From the NCBI GenBank assembly GCA_026128965.1, contig JAHCIY010000002.1:1872468-1936467 (forward strand): a stretch of DNA of 64,000 nt, in the 5' to 3' direction. Source of the stretch: Labilithrix sp. Lineage in GTDB: Bacteria; Myxococcota_A; Polyangia; Polyangiales; Polyangiaceae. The position numbers and the translations under genes are program-made. Below the pieces are notes generated by a model. The model made no database searches and was not told where the DNA came from. It saw only the letters and a list, made by a program, of their open reading frames with translations. Positions 18,315-28,700 of the stretch are shown here, one piece after another (positions within the stretch are counted from its first letter, which is position 1; the number at the start of each line of letters is the position of its first letter).

Positions 18315-21004
18315 CGAAGGTGATCCCGCGCGCGGTCGCGCTCGGCGTCGCGGTCCTCTGCGGCGTCGTCGCGTGGCGGGTCGGCGGCGGCGCCGAGCCC
18401 CCCACGCCGCCGCCACGCGCCGACGTGCGGGCCGAAGCTCCGCGTGACGCCGCGCCGCCGGCGGCCGGAGAAGACTACGAAGTAGCGCTCCGTCTCATCG
18501 AATTGGCCGGAGACGCCCGCTTCGAGATGCCGCGCGCCGATGCGATGAAGGCGGTCATGAAAGCGCATTGGCGCCAGCTCAAACCGCCCTACCACCCCGC
18601 GGGCGACAATGCGAAGTTCGTCACCGTCATCGGACTGCGCAACAACGCTACCGAGACGCAGTGGTCGATGCACGTCGGCCATCAGACGAAGCCCTGGGTC
18701 CCCGACGTCCGCGTCTGGAACATGAACGAAGGCAGCTTCGATCAGCGCGAGTCGCTCGTCTCGCCCGGGGCCGGCACCATCACGTACAAGCTCGACGTGC
18801 CGCCCGGCGCGCGCTTCTCCTTCGCCGAGGGCACCGTCAACGTGGCGGACGCGCCCACCGCGTTCGTCGTCACGGTCGTCGACCACGAGGGCACGCGCCA
18901 CGTCGTGCACCGGCACGTCCTCGCGGTCTCCGCCTCGCGGCGCTGGACCGATCAGGTCGTCGATCTCTCGAGCTTCGCCGGGCAGAGCATAGCGCTCGAG
19001 CTCCACACCGAGCCGGCGCGAGGCGAGGGCGGCGACGACGGAAAGAAGGCGCCGGGGCGTGAAGCGAAGGCCCCCGCCGACGCCGGCGCCGTGAAGGAAG
19101 AGGCCCTCGTCACGCCCGGGACCGCGGTCGCGCTCTGGGGCAACCCGACCGTGCTCGCGCGCACGAGGCCGCGCACGCCCTTCAACGTGCTGTGGATCGT
19201 GATCGACGCGCTCCGCCCCGACGTCCTCGCCTCGTTCCATGACGACGCGGAGGACGCGGCGAAGCTCAAGGCGCCGTGGCCGCCGCTGGAGGCGCTCCTC
19301 CCCAAGGTCCCCGGCCTCACCCCCGCGATGGACGACCTCGCCGCGCGCGGCGTCCGCTTCACGCGCGCGTACTCGGCGGCGTCGTGGACGCGGCCCGGCA
19401 CGATCGCGATGCTCGCCGGCGCGCGCTCGTCCGAGCTCGGCATCGACACGACGGAGTGGACGATCACCCCCGCGCAGGCGGCGCGCTTCTATGCCGGAGA
19501 CCCGCCGCTCCTGTCGCTCGCGCTCCGCCGCCGGCAGGTGGCGACGCGCGCCTTCGTGAACAACTACTTCCTCGCGGGGTACGCGCCGGTCGGCCTCGAC
19601 CTCGGGTTCGAGCGCGTCGACGACCATCGATACCGCACCAAGGACACCGCCGAGATCACGAACGCCGCGGCGCGGTGGCTCCGCGACAACAAGGACACTC
19701 GCTTCTTCGCTTTCGTGAACTTCAACTCGCCGCACGAGCCCTACGAGCCGCCGGCGAAGCTCCTGGAGCGTATTCCGCCGCCGCCGGCGGGGCCCAAAGA
19801 CAAGAATACACGCCTCTACATGGCAGAAGTGGCGAAGGACGACGACGCTATTGGCCAATTGATGAAGACCCTCGACGAGACGGGACTTCGCGACGAGACG
19901 ATCGTCGTCGTGACCTCCGATCACGGCGAGACGCTCTCCTCCGCCCACTCCGGCACGAGCGGCCTCGAGAAGATGCCGATCCGCTACCACCACGCGGTGA
20001 GCATGTTCGAGGAGACGACGCGCGTGCCGATCCTCGTCGTCGCCCCCGGCCTCCTCACCCCGAACACCGAGGTGAAGGCGCGCGTGCGCACGACCGACAT
20101 CGCGCCCACCGTGCTCGAGCTCCTCGGCCTCGAGCCGCATCCGCGGATGAGCGGCAGGTCGCTCGTCGCGCTCGCGAAGGGCGAGGTGGAGCCGGACGAG
20201 CGCGTCGTCGTCTCGGAGGGACGGAGCTCGCGCGCGATCATGCACGGCAAGTGGCGCCTCGTCGTGCGCGAGGGCGCGGCGAAGATCACGATCCAGGGCG
20301 ACAAGGTGAAGGAGACCGACGCCGAGCTCTACGACCTCGACGCCGATCCGGGCGAGCGCAACGACCTCGCGAAGAAGAAGCCGGACGTCGTCGCGGAGAT
20401 GAAGGCGCGCCTCGACGCCGCGCTCGAGAACGTCCCCGTCGCCGGGACGCGCGCCGCCGTCGCGCCCGACGCCGAGACCGGCGCTCCGCCCACGATCCGC
20501 CTCCGCTTCGCCGGCGCCGCAGCCGCGCGCCGCGTCGCGGGCGCGATCACCGTCGGGGACGCGAAGTCCAAGCCGAAGTCCTTCGACGTCCAGCCGGTCG
20601 ACCTCGGGCGCGACGCGTTCAAGGTCGCGGGCGAGAAGATCGAGCTCGCGTTCCGCACGAGCCCCGCCCACGCGGTCGGCTTCGACCTCGTCGTCGATCC
20701 GCCGGGCACGCCGGTGACGTGGGACCTCTACCTCGACGATCAGCCGTGGCCCGAGGACCGCGTCTTCGGCGGTCCGTTCGGCCTCCTCGCGCCCGTCCTC
20801 GGCAAGGGGCTCGCGACCGAAGAGGCGAGGGCCGCCGCGCAGGCGAACGCGCTCCCCACGATCGATCCGCGTCGCGACCTCGGCTTCTTCGTCGCGCGCG
20901 AGCGACGGAGCGAGGTGGAGACCTCGGCCGGCCCGACGGACGAGGGCGCGGAGGAGACGGCGCGCCTCCTCCGCGAGTGGGGCTACGCGCACGGATCGAA
21001 GTAA
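18311..21004 (+). CDS. membrane-anchored sulfatase-fold protein with ~300-aa N-terminal and ~280-aa C-terminal extra domains
   Basis: ATG overlaps the upstream stop (ATGA). It has a TM anchor VIPRAVALGVAVLCGVVAW, then NVLWIVIDALRPDVL, YSAASWTRPGTIAMLAG and VVVTSDHGETL. The FGly Cys/Ser-x-P-x-R motif is absent. Confidence 0.75.
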   Translation: MTKVIPRAVALGVAVLCGVVAWRVGGGAEPPTPPPRADVRAEAPRDAAPPAAGEDYEVALRLIELAGDARFEMPRADAMKAVMKAHWRQLKPPYHPAGDNAKFVTVIGLRNNATETQWSMHVGHQTKPWVPDVRVWNMNEGSFDQRESLVSPGAGTITYKLDVPPGARFSFAEGTVNVADAPTAFVVTVVDHEGTRHVVHRHVLAVSASRRWTDQVVDLSSFAGQSIALELHTEPARGEGGDDGKKAPGREAKAPADAGAVKEEALVTPGTAVALWGNPTVLARTRPRTPFNVLWIVIDALRPDVLASFHDDAEDAAKLKAPWPPLEALLPKVPGLTPAMDDLAARGVRFTRAYSAASWTRPGTIAMLAGARSSELGIDTTEWTITPAQAARFYAGDPPLLSLALRRRQVATRAFVNNYFLAGYAPVGLDLGFERVDDHRYRTKDTAEITNAAARWLRDNKDTRFFAFVNFNSPHEPYEPPAKLLERIPPPPAGPKDKNTRLYMAEVAKDDDAIGQLMKTLDETGLRDETIVVVTSDHGETLSSAHSGTSGLEKMPIRYHHAVSMFEETTRVPILVVAPGLLTPNTEVKARVRTTDIAPTVLELLGLEPHPRMSGRSLVALAKGEVEPDERVVVSEGRSSRAIMHGKWRLVVREGAAKITIQGDKVKETDAELYDLDADPGERNDLAKKKPDVVAEMKARLDAALENVPVAGTRAAVAPDAETGAPPTIRLRFAGAAAARRVAGAITVGDAKSKPKSFDVQPVDLGRDAFKVAGEKIELAFRTSPAHAVGFDLVVDPPGTPVTWDLYLDDQPWPEDRVFGGPFGLLAPVLGKGLATEEARAAAQANALPTIDPRRDLGFFVARERRSEVETSAGPTDEGAEETARLLREWGYAHGSK

Positions 21005-21232
21005 TCGCACCGCGCGTCCTTGCGCCGAGGGGCGGTGGCGTCTATGGTCCTCTCCGCTCACCGACACGTCTCGACGCATTCACGACGCTCTCTCGAATCA
21101 GGGATCGGTTTTCGCGCTGCGAAGCTTCGTTGTTGTGAGGAAGTGGAGATGTCTCCATTTGCCTCCGTCCGATCCCAACGGCTCATTGGACGCCAGGTTC
21201 TTCGACGCACGCCGTCTAGATAGAGAGAGAAA

Positions 21233-21532
21233 ATGAACAATCGTCTTTACGTGGGCAACCTGTCGTACGACACGACGAAGGACGCGCTCCGCAGCTGCTT
21301 CGCCGAGTTCGGCGAGGTCGTCGACACGCACGTCGTGATGGACCGCGAGACCGGGCGCGCGCGCGGCTTCGCCTTCGTCACGATGAAGAGCGAGGGCGAG
21401 GCGACGAGCGCGGTCTCGGGCCTCAACGGCGCGATGTTCGAGGGGCGTGCCCTCCGCGTTAACGTCGCCGAGGAGCGCTCCCCGCGCAGCTCCGGCGGCG
21501 GTCCGCGACCGGGCGGCCACCGCGGCTGGTGA
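21233..21532 (+). CDS. RRM-domain RNA-binding protein
   Basis: RNP-2 LYVGNL and RNP-1 RGFAFVTM, with a Gly-rich C-terminal tail. A GAGAGAGA purine RBS lies upstream. Confidence 0.85.
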   Translation: MNNRLYVGNLSYDTTKDALRSCFAEFGEVVDTHVVMDRETGRARGFAFVTMKSEGEATSAVSGLNGAMFEGRALRVNVAEERSPRSSGGGPRPGGHRGW

Positions 21533-21597
21533 CCCCGCGCCCACGGCGCGAATGGGGTTCCGCGTCGGGCACGAAGTAGCCTATTAGTTGGGCCGCG

Positions 21598-22983
21598 ATG
21601 CGTCTCGCCACGCTGCTCGGACCCGACTTGAAGGAGCTCCTCCGGGAGGATCCCGATCAGGTGCGCGAGCTCCTCGACGAGATCCATCCCGAGGACCTCG
21701 CCGACATCATCGGCGACCTCGACGCCGACGAGGCGGCGAAGCTGCTCGCGCGCCTCCCCGCCGAGGACGCCGCGCCGATCTTCGAGCGCCTCGACGACGA
21801 GGAGCAGGAGGACATCGTCGAGGTCATGCCGGCCGAGAGCGTCGCGCAGATCGCGAGCGAGATGGCGCCCGACGATCGCGCCGACCTCTTCAGCGCCCTG
21901 CCCGAGTCGGTCGGCGACGCCATCCTCGAGAAGCTCGAGCAGGTCGACCCCGAGGCCGCGGAGGAGGTCCGCGAGATCGAGAAGTGGCCGGAGACGAGCG
22001 CCGGTCACCTCATGACGACCGCGTACGTCGCGGTCCACCCCAGCATCACCGTGCGCAGCGCGATCGACGCGATCCGCGCGTTCACGGCGGACCACCACGA
22101 CAACGTCTACAACGTCTACGCGATCGACGAGGACGAGAAGCTCATCGGCATCGCGTCGATGCGCGACATCCTCCTCGCCTCGCCGCTCCAGCCGCTCGAC
22201 GAGGTCCTCCGCACCAACGTCCTCAGCGTCCCTCCGATCGAGGACCAGGAGGAGGTCGCGCGGAAGATGGCGAAATACGACCTCAACGTCATGCCCGTGC
22301 TCGACGACAAGGGCGCGATCCTCGGGGTCATCACGATCGACGACATCGTCGACGTCTTGACACAGGAGCAGACGGAGGACGTCCAGAAGCTCGGCGCGAT
22401 CGAGCCGCTCGACATGCCGTACTTCCGGACGAGCTTCTTGACCTTCATCAAGAAGCGCGGCGTCTGGCTCTTCATCCTCTTCTTCGGCGAGTTCTTCACC
22501 CAGACCGCGCTCCGCCACTACGACCCCGTCTTCGACGCGATCAAGGGCGCGGCCTACTACGTCCCGCTCCTCATCTCCGCCGGCGGCAACTCGGGCTCGC
22601 AGTCGTCGACGCTCATCATCCGCGGCATGGCGCTCGGCGAGATCAAGATGCGGGACTGGTACCGCATCTTCGTCCGCGAGCTGTTGATGGGGTTCGTGCT
22701 CGGCCTCGGGCTCGGGATCTTCGGCTTCGCGCGCGTCCTCATGTACCCCGACCAGCACTGGGACTTCGCGCTCACGGTCGGGCTCACGCTCATCGGCATC
22801 GTGATGGGCGGCTGCACGGTCGGCGCGATGCTCCCGATCATCCTCAAGCGCGTCGGCCTCGACCCCGCGACGAGCTCGACGCCCTTCATCGCGAGCCTCG
22901 TCGACGTCCTCGGCATCATCATCTTCGTCCGCGTCGCGATGGTCGTGATGTCCTCCGTCCTCGCCGCGCACGGCGTGCAATGA
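21598..22983 (+). CDS. mgtE: magnesium transporter MgtE
   Basis: MgtE N-domain plus tandem CBS domains. The C-terminal TM domain has GGNSGSQSSTLIIRGMALGEI (established MgtE signature). Confidence 0.9.
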   Translation: MRLATLLGPDLKELLREDPDQVRELLDEIHPEDLADIIGDLDADEAAKLLARLPAEDAAPIFERLDDEEQEDIVEVMPAESVAQIASEMAPDDRADLFSALPESVGDAILEKLEQVDPEAAEEVREIEKWPETSAGHLMTTAYVAVHPSITVRSAIDAIRAFTADHHDNVYNVYAIDEDEKLIGIASMRDILLASPLQPLDEVLRTNVLSVPPIEDQEEVARKMAKYDLNVMPVLDDKGAILGVITIDDIVDVLTQEQTEDVQKLGAIEPLDMPYFRTSFLTFIKKRGVWLFILFFGEFFTQTALRHYDPVFDAIKGAAYYVPLLISAGGNSGSQSSTLIIRGMALGEIKMRDWYRIFVRELLMGFVLGLGLGIFGFARVLMYPDQHWDFALTVGLTLIGIVMGGCTVGAMLPIILKRVGLDPATSSTPFIASLVDVLGIIIFVRVAMVVMSSVLAAHGVQ

Positions 22984-23999
22984 AGCGCGGCGCGGCCGTG
23001 GCCCTGCTGCTCCTCGCGGTGACGGGCTGCAAGCGGCAGAAGCCGCCGACCGCGACCCGCGTCTGGCTCGGCCCGAACGGCGGCTGCGTCACGACGCTCG
23101 AGCACGTCGCGACGGACACGTTCGCGTGTTGGGGGCGGACGCGAAGCGACGTCCCGCGGAAGGGCCTGAAGCAGCTCGCGTTCGCGCTCGACGAGGCCAC
23201 CTGCGCGCTGAGCGAGACGAACGAGCTCGATTGCACCTCCGGCCTGCACGTCGCGCTCCCCGAGGTCGGGGGCGCGATCGCGGGGAGCGGGGCCGGCGTG
23301 TGCGTCGCGACGGCGAGCGGGGTCGGCTGCAGCAGCGCGGGCGTCCCGTTCGCGGAGTCCACCGCGCCGTGGTCGCGCGGGGCGAAGGTGCGCGCGGTCG
23401 CGGTCGGGAAGACGCACGTCTGCGCGGCGTACGAGGGGAAGGGCGTCGTCTGCCGGACCTTCGATCCGAAGAGCGAGGACGCGATGACGTTCCCCGACCT
23501 CGACGCGACCGCGCTCGCCGCCGGCGACGCGCACTTCTGCGCGGCGCTCGTGGACCGCACGGTGAAGTGCTGGGGCAAGAACGAGTCGGGGCAGCTCGGC
23601 GATCGCACGACGAACGACTCGCCGGCGCCGGTCTCCGTGCTCGGCCTCGACAGCGTCGCGCGCATCACGGCGGGGCGCGCGCACACGTGCGTGCTCCGCG
23701 GCGACGCCACCGTCCACTGCTGGGGCAACAACGAGCGTCACCAGCTCGCGAACGGCGGGACGCAGAACGACGGCCGCGCGCAGATGGTGCTCGGCATCCT
23801 CGGGGTGAAGGAGATCTCCGCCGGCGGCGACGGGACGTGCGCGCTCCTCGGCAAGGACGGAGAGGTGCGCTGCTGGGGTCGCAACGACGCGTGTCAGCTC
23901 GGCGACGGCTCGCTCCAGGAGCACTCGGTGCCGGCGGGGATCAAGTTCCGCGCGAGCCAAGGCGATGGGCCGCTCGGTCCCAACTGCGCTACGCTCTGA
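22980..23999 (+). CDS. RCC1-repeat (beta-propeller) lipoprotein
   Basis: ATGA overlap with mgtE. MKRGAAVALLLLAVTGC lipobox. Repeated HxCA...G.V.CWG.N..GQLGDG units (RCC1/ATS1 type) recur five or more times. Confidence 0.75.
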   Translation: MKRGAAVALLLLAVTGCKRQKPPTATRVWLGPNGGCVTTLEHVATDTFACWGRTRSDVPRKGLKQLAFALDEATCALSETNELDCTSGLHVALPEVGGAIAGSGAGVCVATASGVGCSSAGVPFAESTAPWSRGAKVRAVAVGKTHVCAAYEGKGVVCRTFDPKSEDAMTFPDLDATALAAGDAHFCAALVDRTVKCWGKNESGQLGDRTTNDSPAPVSVLGLDSVARITAGRAHTCVLRGDATVHCWGNNERHQLANGGTQNDGRAQMVLGILGVKEISAGGDGTCALLGKDGEVRCWGRNDACQLGDGSLQEHSVPAGIKFRASQGDGPLGPNCATL

Positions 24000-24002
24000 G
24001 GG

Positions 24003-24953
24003 ATGATCCTCACGCGAAGGCACGCCCTCGTCGGAACGGCCGCGCTCGTCGGCTGCCGCACGGAGGCGCCGCCGGAGCCGAAGCGCGAGCCGTCGCCGCT
24101 CGTCACGAGCTCCGGCGTCCGCTCGGTGGAGCGCGTCGTCGACGCGACGCCGACGAAGGACGGCGCCGGCGTGCGCCTCAGCCGCGCGCTCGGCGGCCGC
24201 GCGCTGCCGATGCTCGATCCCTTCCTCCTCCTCGATCAGTTCCACTCCGACGATCCGAATGACTACGCCGCCGGCTTCCCCGATCACCCGCATCGCGGCT
24301 TCGAGACGGTGACGTACATGCTCGAGGGCGCGATGGAGCACCGCGACTCGGTCGGCAACTCCGGGCGCCTCCGCCCCGGCAGCGCGCAGTGGATGACGGC
24401 GGGTCGCGGCATCGTGCACTCCGAGATGCCGAAGCAGGAGCGCGGCCTCATGTGGGGCTTCCAGCTCTGGGTGAACCTCCCTCGCGCGCGGAAGATGATC
24501 AAGCCGCGCTACCAGGACATCGCGCCGGATCGCATCCCCGAGCTCGATCGCGAGGGCGCGAAGGTCCGCGTCGTCGCCGGCGCCGCGTTCGGCGCGACCG
24601 GGCCGATCACCGGCATCGACGTCGAGCCGCTCTTCCTCGACGTCACGCTCGCGAAGGGCGTCCTCTTCCAGACGCCGCTCCCCACCTCGCACAACGCGTT
24701 TGCGTTCGTCACCGACGGCGCGGTCCGCCTCGGCCCCGAGAAGCGTGAGGTCCGCGCGGGGCAGCTCGCGGTCTTGTCCCACGGCGATCACGCCGTCGCG
24801 ACGTGCGACGCGTCGGCGGGGCGGATGATCCTCGTCGCGGGCAAGCCGATCGGCGAGCCGGTCGCGCGCGGCGGTCCGTTCGTCATGAACACCGACGACG
24901 AGATCCGGCAGGCCTGGGACGACTACCGCTCGGGGCGCCTCGTCGGCGGCTGA
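24003..24953 (+). CDS. pirin-family protein (cupin), Tat/lipoprotein-like N-terminus
   Basis: HPHRGFETVTYMLEGAMEHRDSVGNSGRL...AQWMTAGRGIVHSE is the pirin N-terminal cupin motif. MILTRRHALVGTAALVGC is a signal-like N-terminus. Confidence 0.85.
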   Translation: MILTRRHALVGTAALVGCRTEAPPEPKREPSPLVTSSGVRSVERVVDATPTKDGAGVRLSRALGGRALPMLDPFLLLDQFHSDDPNDYAAGFPDHPHRGFETVTYMLEGAMEHRDSVGNSGRLRPGSAQWMTAGRGIVHSEMPKQERGLMWGFQLWVNLPRARKMIKPRYQDIAPDRIPELDREGAKVRVVAGAAFGATGPITGIDVEPLFLDVTLAKGVLFQTPLPTSHNAFAFVTDGAVRLGPEKREVRAGQLAVLSHGDHAVATCDASAGRMILVAGKPIGEPVARGGPFVMNTDDEIRQAWDDYRSGRLVGG

Positions 24954-25757
24954 TCAGCCGGCGCGCGAGCGGACCTGCGGCAGGCCCTCGTCGAGCGCGC
25001 CGAGGACGTGCGCCTGGAGCTCGAGGAGGCGGCTCTGGCGGAGCGGCGCGCCGTTCTTCTCCGCGAGCTGGAAGCGATCGACCGCGCAGCCGCGCTCCGT
25101 CGTCGCGCGGAGGCCGACGATCTGGATGCCGGCGCGGAAGAGCGCCTGCGTCACCGCGAGGAGGAGGCCCGGTCGATCGACCGCCTCGACGGTGAGCATC
25201 GTGCCGCCGTCCTCGCCGGTGAGATCGAAGAGGATGCGCGCGGACGAGCCGGACGCCACCGGCGGCGCCTCGACCGCGGAGGTGGGCACGCGCTGCGAGA
25301 CGAGGCCGCCGGCGCTCGCGACCGCCGCTTCGATCGCGACGCCGAGCGCGAGGACGTCCTTCGCGCGGATCGGAGCGACCGCGCCGCGCGCGCTCGGGAG
25401 GCGCCGGATCCACAGGAGGTCGACCGCTTCGATGACGCCGTCGGGGCGCGTGCGGCAGAACGCGTCCGCGCCGACGACGTCGATGCGATGCTCGACGAGC
25501 GCCGCGCTGATGCTCGAGAGCAGCCCCGGCTTGTCGTCCGCGACGACGCAGATCGCGACCACGCGCTCGGAGAGCTCCTTCCAGATCTCCACGTGCGCCG
25601 TGCGCGCGCCGCGCCGCTCGACGATCGCGGCGTGGAGGCGCGTCGCCTCGAGGTCGAAGGACTGGCGGTAGGCCGGCGGCATCGAGGCGACGTAGGCGGC
25701 GATGCGCGCGGGCTCGTCCAGGGACATGGGCCTCATCCTGACATGCGAATGTTTCAT
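24954..25757 (-). CDS. ACT-domain pair protein (GcvR/GlnD-C-terminal-like regulatory protein)
   Basis: Two ACT-like blocks: VVAICVVADDKPGLLSSISAALVEHRIDV and TMLTVEAVDRPGLLLAVTQALFRAGIQIV. The stop sits in a perfect 14-bp palindrome shared with the pirin stop. Confidence 0.65.
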   Translation of the reverse strand: MKHSHVRMRPMSLDEPARIAAYVASMPPAYRQSFDLEATRLHAAIVERRGARTAHVEIWKELSERVVAICVVADDKPGLLSSISAALVEHRIDVVGADAFCRTRPDGVIEAVDLLWIRRLPSARGAVAPIRAKDVLALGVAIEAAVASAGGLVSQRVPTSAVEAPPVASGSSARILFDLTGEDGGTMLTVEAVDRPGLLLAVTQALFRAGIQIVGLRATTERGCAVDRFQLAEKNGAPLRQSRLLELQAHVLGALDEGLPQVRSRAG

Positions 25758-28700
25758 CAATGCTTCGCCTTCACGCGGCCTTCTTCCTCGCGGAGCCACC
25801 GATCGAGCCCAAAAAAGCGGGGATGCGCGCCGTCGTCGCCGACGCGCAGGCCGACCGCGACGCCGCTCTTGGACACGACGAACGCGCCGCGTTCGTGCCC
25901 GTCGCGCACGGCGTAGGAGCCGCGGAGGGCGACGTCGCCGCCGTGGACGTAGAAGTCGGTCAGCGCGATCTCGTCGGGGTCCGCGTCGAGGCGGCCGCGC
26001 AGGGCGAGGTTCGGCATCGTGAGGAGACCGCCGACGAATTTCGGCGCGTGATCGCGGAGGAGCATGCCGACGACGGGGCGCGCGTCGTCGGCGGTGAGCG
26101 CGACGTCGGCGCCGAAGCTCGGGACGCCGCCGCCCCAGCCGAGGAGCGCGGCGTCGAGGACGACGTCGCCGCTCCATCCGCGCGTCTCCGCCGCGGCGTT
26201 CTTCACCTCGACGTCGCGGAGCGCGAGGTGGGTGCCGGAGACGTCCATCGTCGCGGCGCGCGCGTCGACGCCGGCGACCTTCACCCGCAGCGCGAGGTCG
26301 GCCTCGAGGCTGCTCTGTTCGATCGCGAGGCCGGCGTGCTGCGCGTCGATCGCGATCGCGCCCGACGCGCCGTCCTTGCCCGCGAAGGTGACGTCGCCGT
26401 TCGCGCGGAGCGCGCCCGATGTGATGCGGACCTTCGAGCGCGGCGACACGAGCGCCTGGAGCGCGCGCGCGTCGGGGACGGTGACGCCGGCGAGCGCCAC
26501 GTGCGCGTCGACGACCTCGAGGTTCGGGTGCTCGAGGTCGAGATCGCGCGCGACGCCGTCGACCTCGATCGTCCGCGCGCGCCCGAGCGAGCTCCGCACG
26601 TTCGTGAGTGCGACGCGCGAGGGGCCGAGCGACAGCGTCTCGCCGTCGTAGCGCCGGACGTCGACGTCGACGTCTGCGTCCGCGATCGCGCTGACCTTCG
26701 GCGTGTGGACGCCGAGCCCCTTCGTGACCATCGCGACGCGCGCGCGCACGACGTCGCCGCGCACCGCGATCGACGCGCCGCCGTCGAAGCGCCCGTCGTC
26801 GGTCGCGATCGCGACGGAGGAGGGGAGGAGCGAGCGCAGCGCGGAGGCGTCCTCGACGCGGCCGCCGTCGACGTGGAGCGCGAGGTCGAGCGCGCCGCCG
26901 GAGCTGCGGATCGCGACGCGCGCGCGATCGGCGCGGACGCCGCCGCCGTCCGTGGCGACGCCCGCGAGGCGGAGCTTCGCGCTCGACACGCCTTCGATCG
27001 AGGAGGCGCTGGCCTCGACGCTCGCGCGGCCGCGGAGCTCTCCGTAGCGCGCGCGGAGGTCGGGCGCACGCACGCGCGCGTCGAAGCCGGCGAGCGCTCG
27101 TTTTTCGATGCTCACGTGCGCGTCGCCCGCGATCTTGCCCGCGGCGCCGCCCGCGCCGACGTCGAGCTCGACGCCGGAGCCCTCCGCGATCGTGATCGTC
27201 GCGTCGAGGGCGGCGAGCGGATCGTTCGCGTCGATCCGCGCGGCGCGGACCCCGATCACGGCGTCGTGGAGCGCGCCGCGCCGGAGCGCGCCCGCCGTGA
27301 CGACCGCGTCGCGCACGTCGGCGAGGAGGGAGACGCCCTCGATCGATCCGTCGTCCCAGCGCGCGGAGCCGAACGAGAGCCGGAGCTCGCCGTCGCTCTC
27401 TGCGTCGAAGGCGTCGCTCGACGCGTGGACGCCGGCGTAGCGGAGGTGCGTGCTCGCCGCGACGCGCTTCGCCTGGGGCCAGAGCTCGACCTGCGCCGCG
27501 AGCGTCGCGCGGCCGGAGTGGACGAAGAGCGCGCAGGGCAACATGCAGTTCGCGACGCGGAGGTCGGGCAGGGTCGCCTCCGGCAGCTCGAGCGCGAGGT
27601 GCCCGTCCTGGAGCGTCCCGTCCTCCGCGAGATCGAGCGCGGCGCTGTCCCCGCGCAGCCACAGCTCGCCGGCGTGGAGCAGCTCGGTCGTGTCGCTGCG
27701 GAGGAGGCGTGTGTGCTGGAGGTGCAGCTCGGCGCGGAGGCGATCGCGATCGGTCTCGTGCGCGATCGCGGCGCGGAGATCGAGCGCGCCCTCGGCGAAG
27801 TGGCCGTTCTTTGCGACGAAGACGCGCTCGGCGCCGGCCTCGACGACGGTGCCGGCGGCGAGGCGTCCTTCTTCGAGGCTCAGCGCGACGCGGCGCGCCT
27901 CGATCGTTCCGGTCGCGTAGACGCCGGCGGGGAGAGCGATCGGGAACGTCGCGAGCTCGGCGGAGCGTCCGCGGAGGTCGGTGTGGATCGTGAAGTGGCG
28001 AAGGACGTCGGCGCCGTCGACGGCGCGCGGATCGAAGGGCTTCGCGAAGACGTCGGCCTTGCCCGCGATCGCGGCGACGACGGGGCGGTCGTGACCGAGG
28101 TCGATCTGGCCCGACTCGATCGCGACGTCGATCTTCCCGATCTCGACGCGGCGGAGCGGCTTGAGGAAGAAGCGGCCCGTCACCCGCGCGTGACCGCTGA
28201 AGCGCGCGTCGTCGATCCAGATCTCGCGGACGTCCTCCGCGGTCGCGTCCTCGATCCCGGCGGTGATGAGCTCGTACTGGTCGTCGTCCCAGAGCTCGGG
28301 GTGATGCGGGTCGGCGGGGCGCACGCTGAACGCGGGGAAGCCGGGGATGGGAGGGAGGTTCGCGATCTCCTCCGTCGTGTCGGGCCGCTTCATCAGCTTC
28401 TGCCGCGCGCGGAGGCTGATGCCCTTGCCGTGCGTCCGCTTCACGAGGAAGGCGCGCCGGGCGAGGGCGGGGAAGTCGAGGTCGAACTCGACCTCGTCGA
28501 GCTTCAGGATCCACTCGACGTTGCTGTCGCTCGAGCGGATCGAGAGGTGCTCCGCGTGGATGGTGCCGGGGAAGAGCGACCAGCCGCGCGCGTAGTGGAT
28601 GTCGAGGGTGACGGGATCGCCGTTGACGACGCGATCGAAGAGCGAGGTGGAGAGGAAGACGTTGATGCCGACGACGTAGAGGAGGTAGAGCGACACGATT

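Noticed and set aside
15687-21079. 909-aa and 985-aa minus-strand ORFs opposite the sulfatase-like genes
   Set aside because: They are antisense to two genes with clear alkaline-phosphatase-superfamily motifs, and they have Arg/Pro-rich composition.
21533-21597. M-box (Mg2+) riboswitch upstream of mgtE
   Set aside because: The intergenic leader is only ~65 nt, too short for the ~160-nt M-box, and no conserved M-box elements were seen.
21247-24791. 577-aa and 744-aa minus-strand ORFs opposite mgtE / RCC1 lipoprotein / pirin
   Set aside because: They are antisense to well-supported genes. Their composition is Asp/Arg/Glu repeats.
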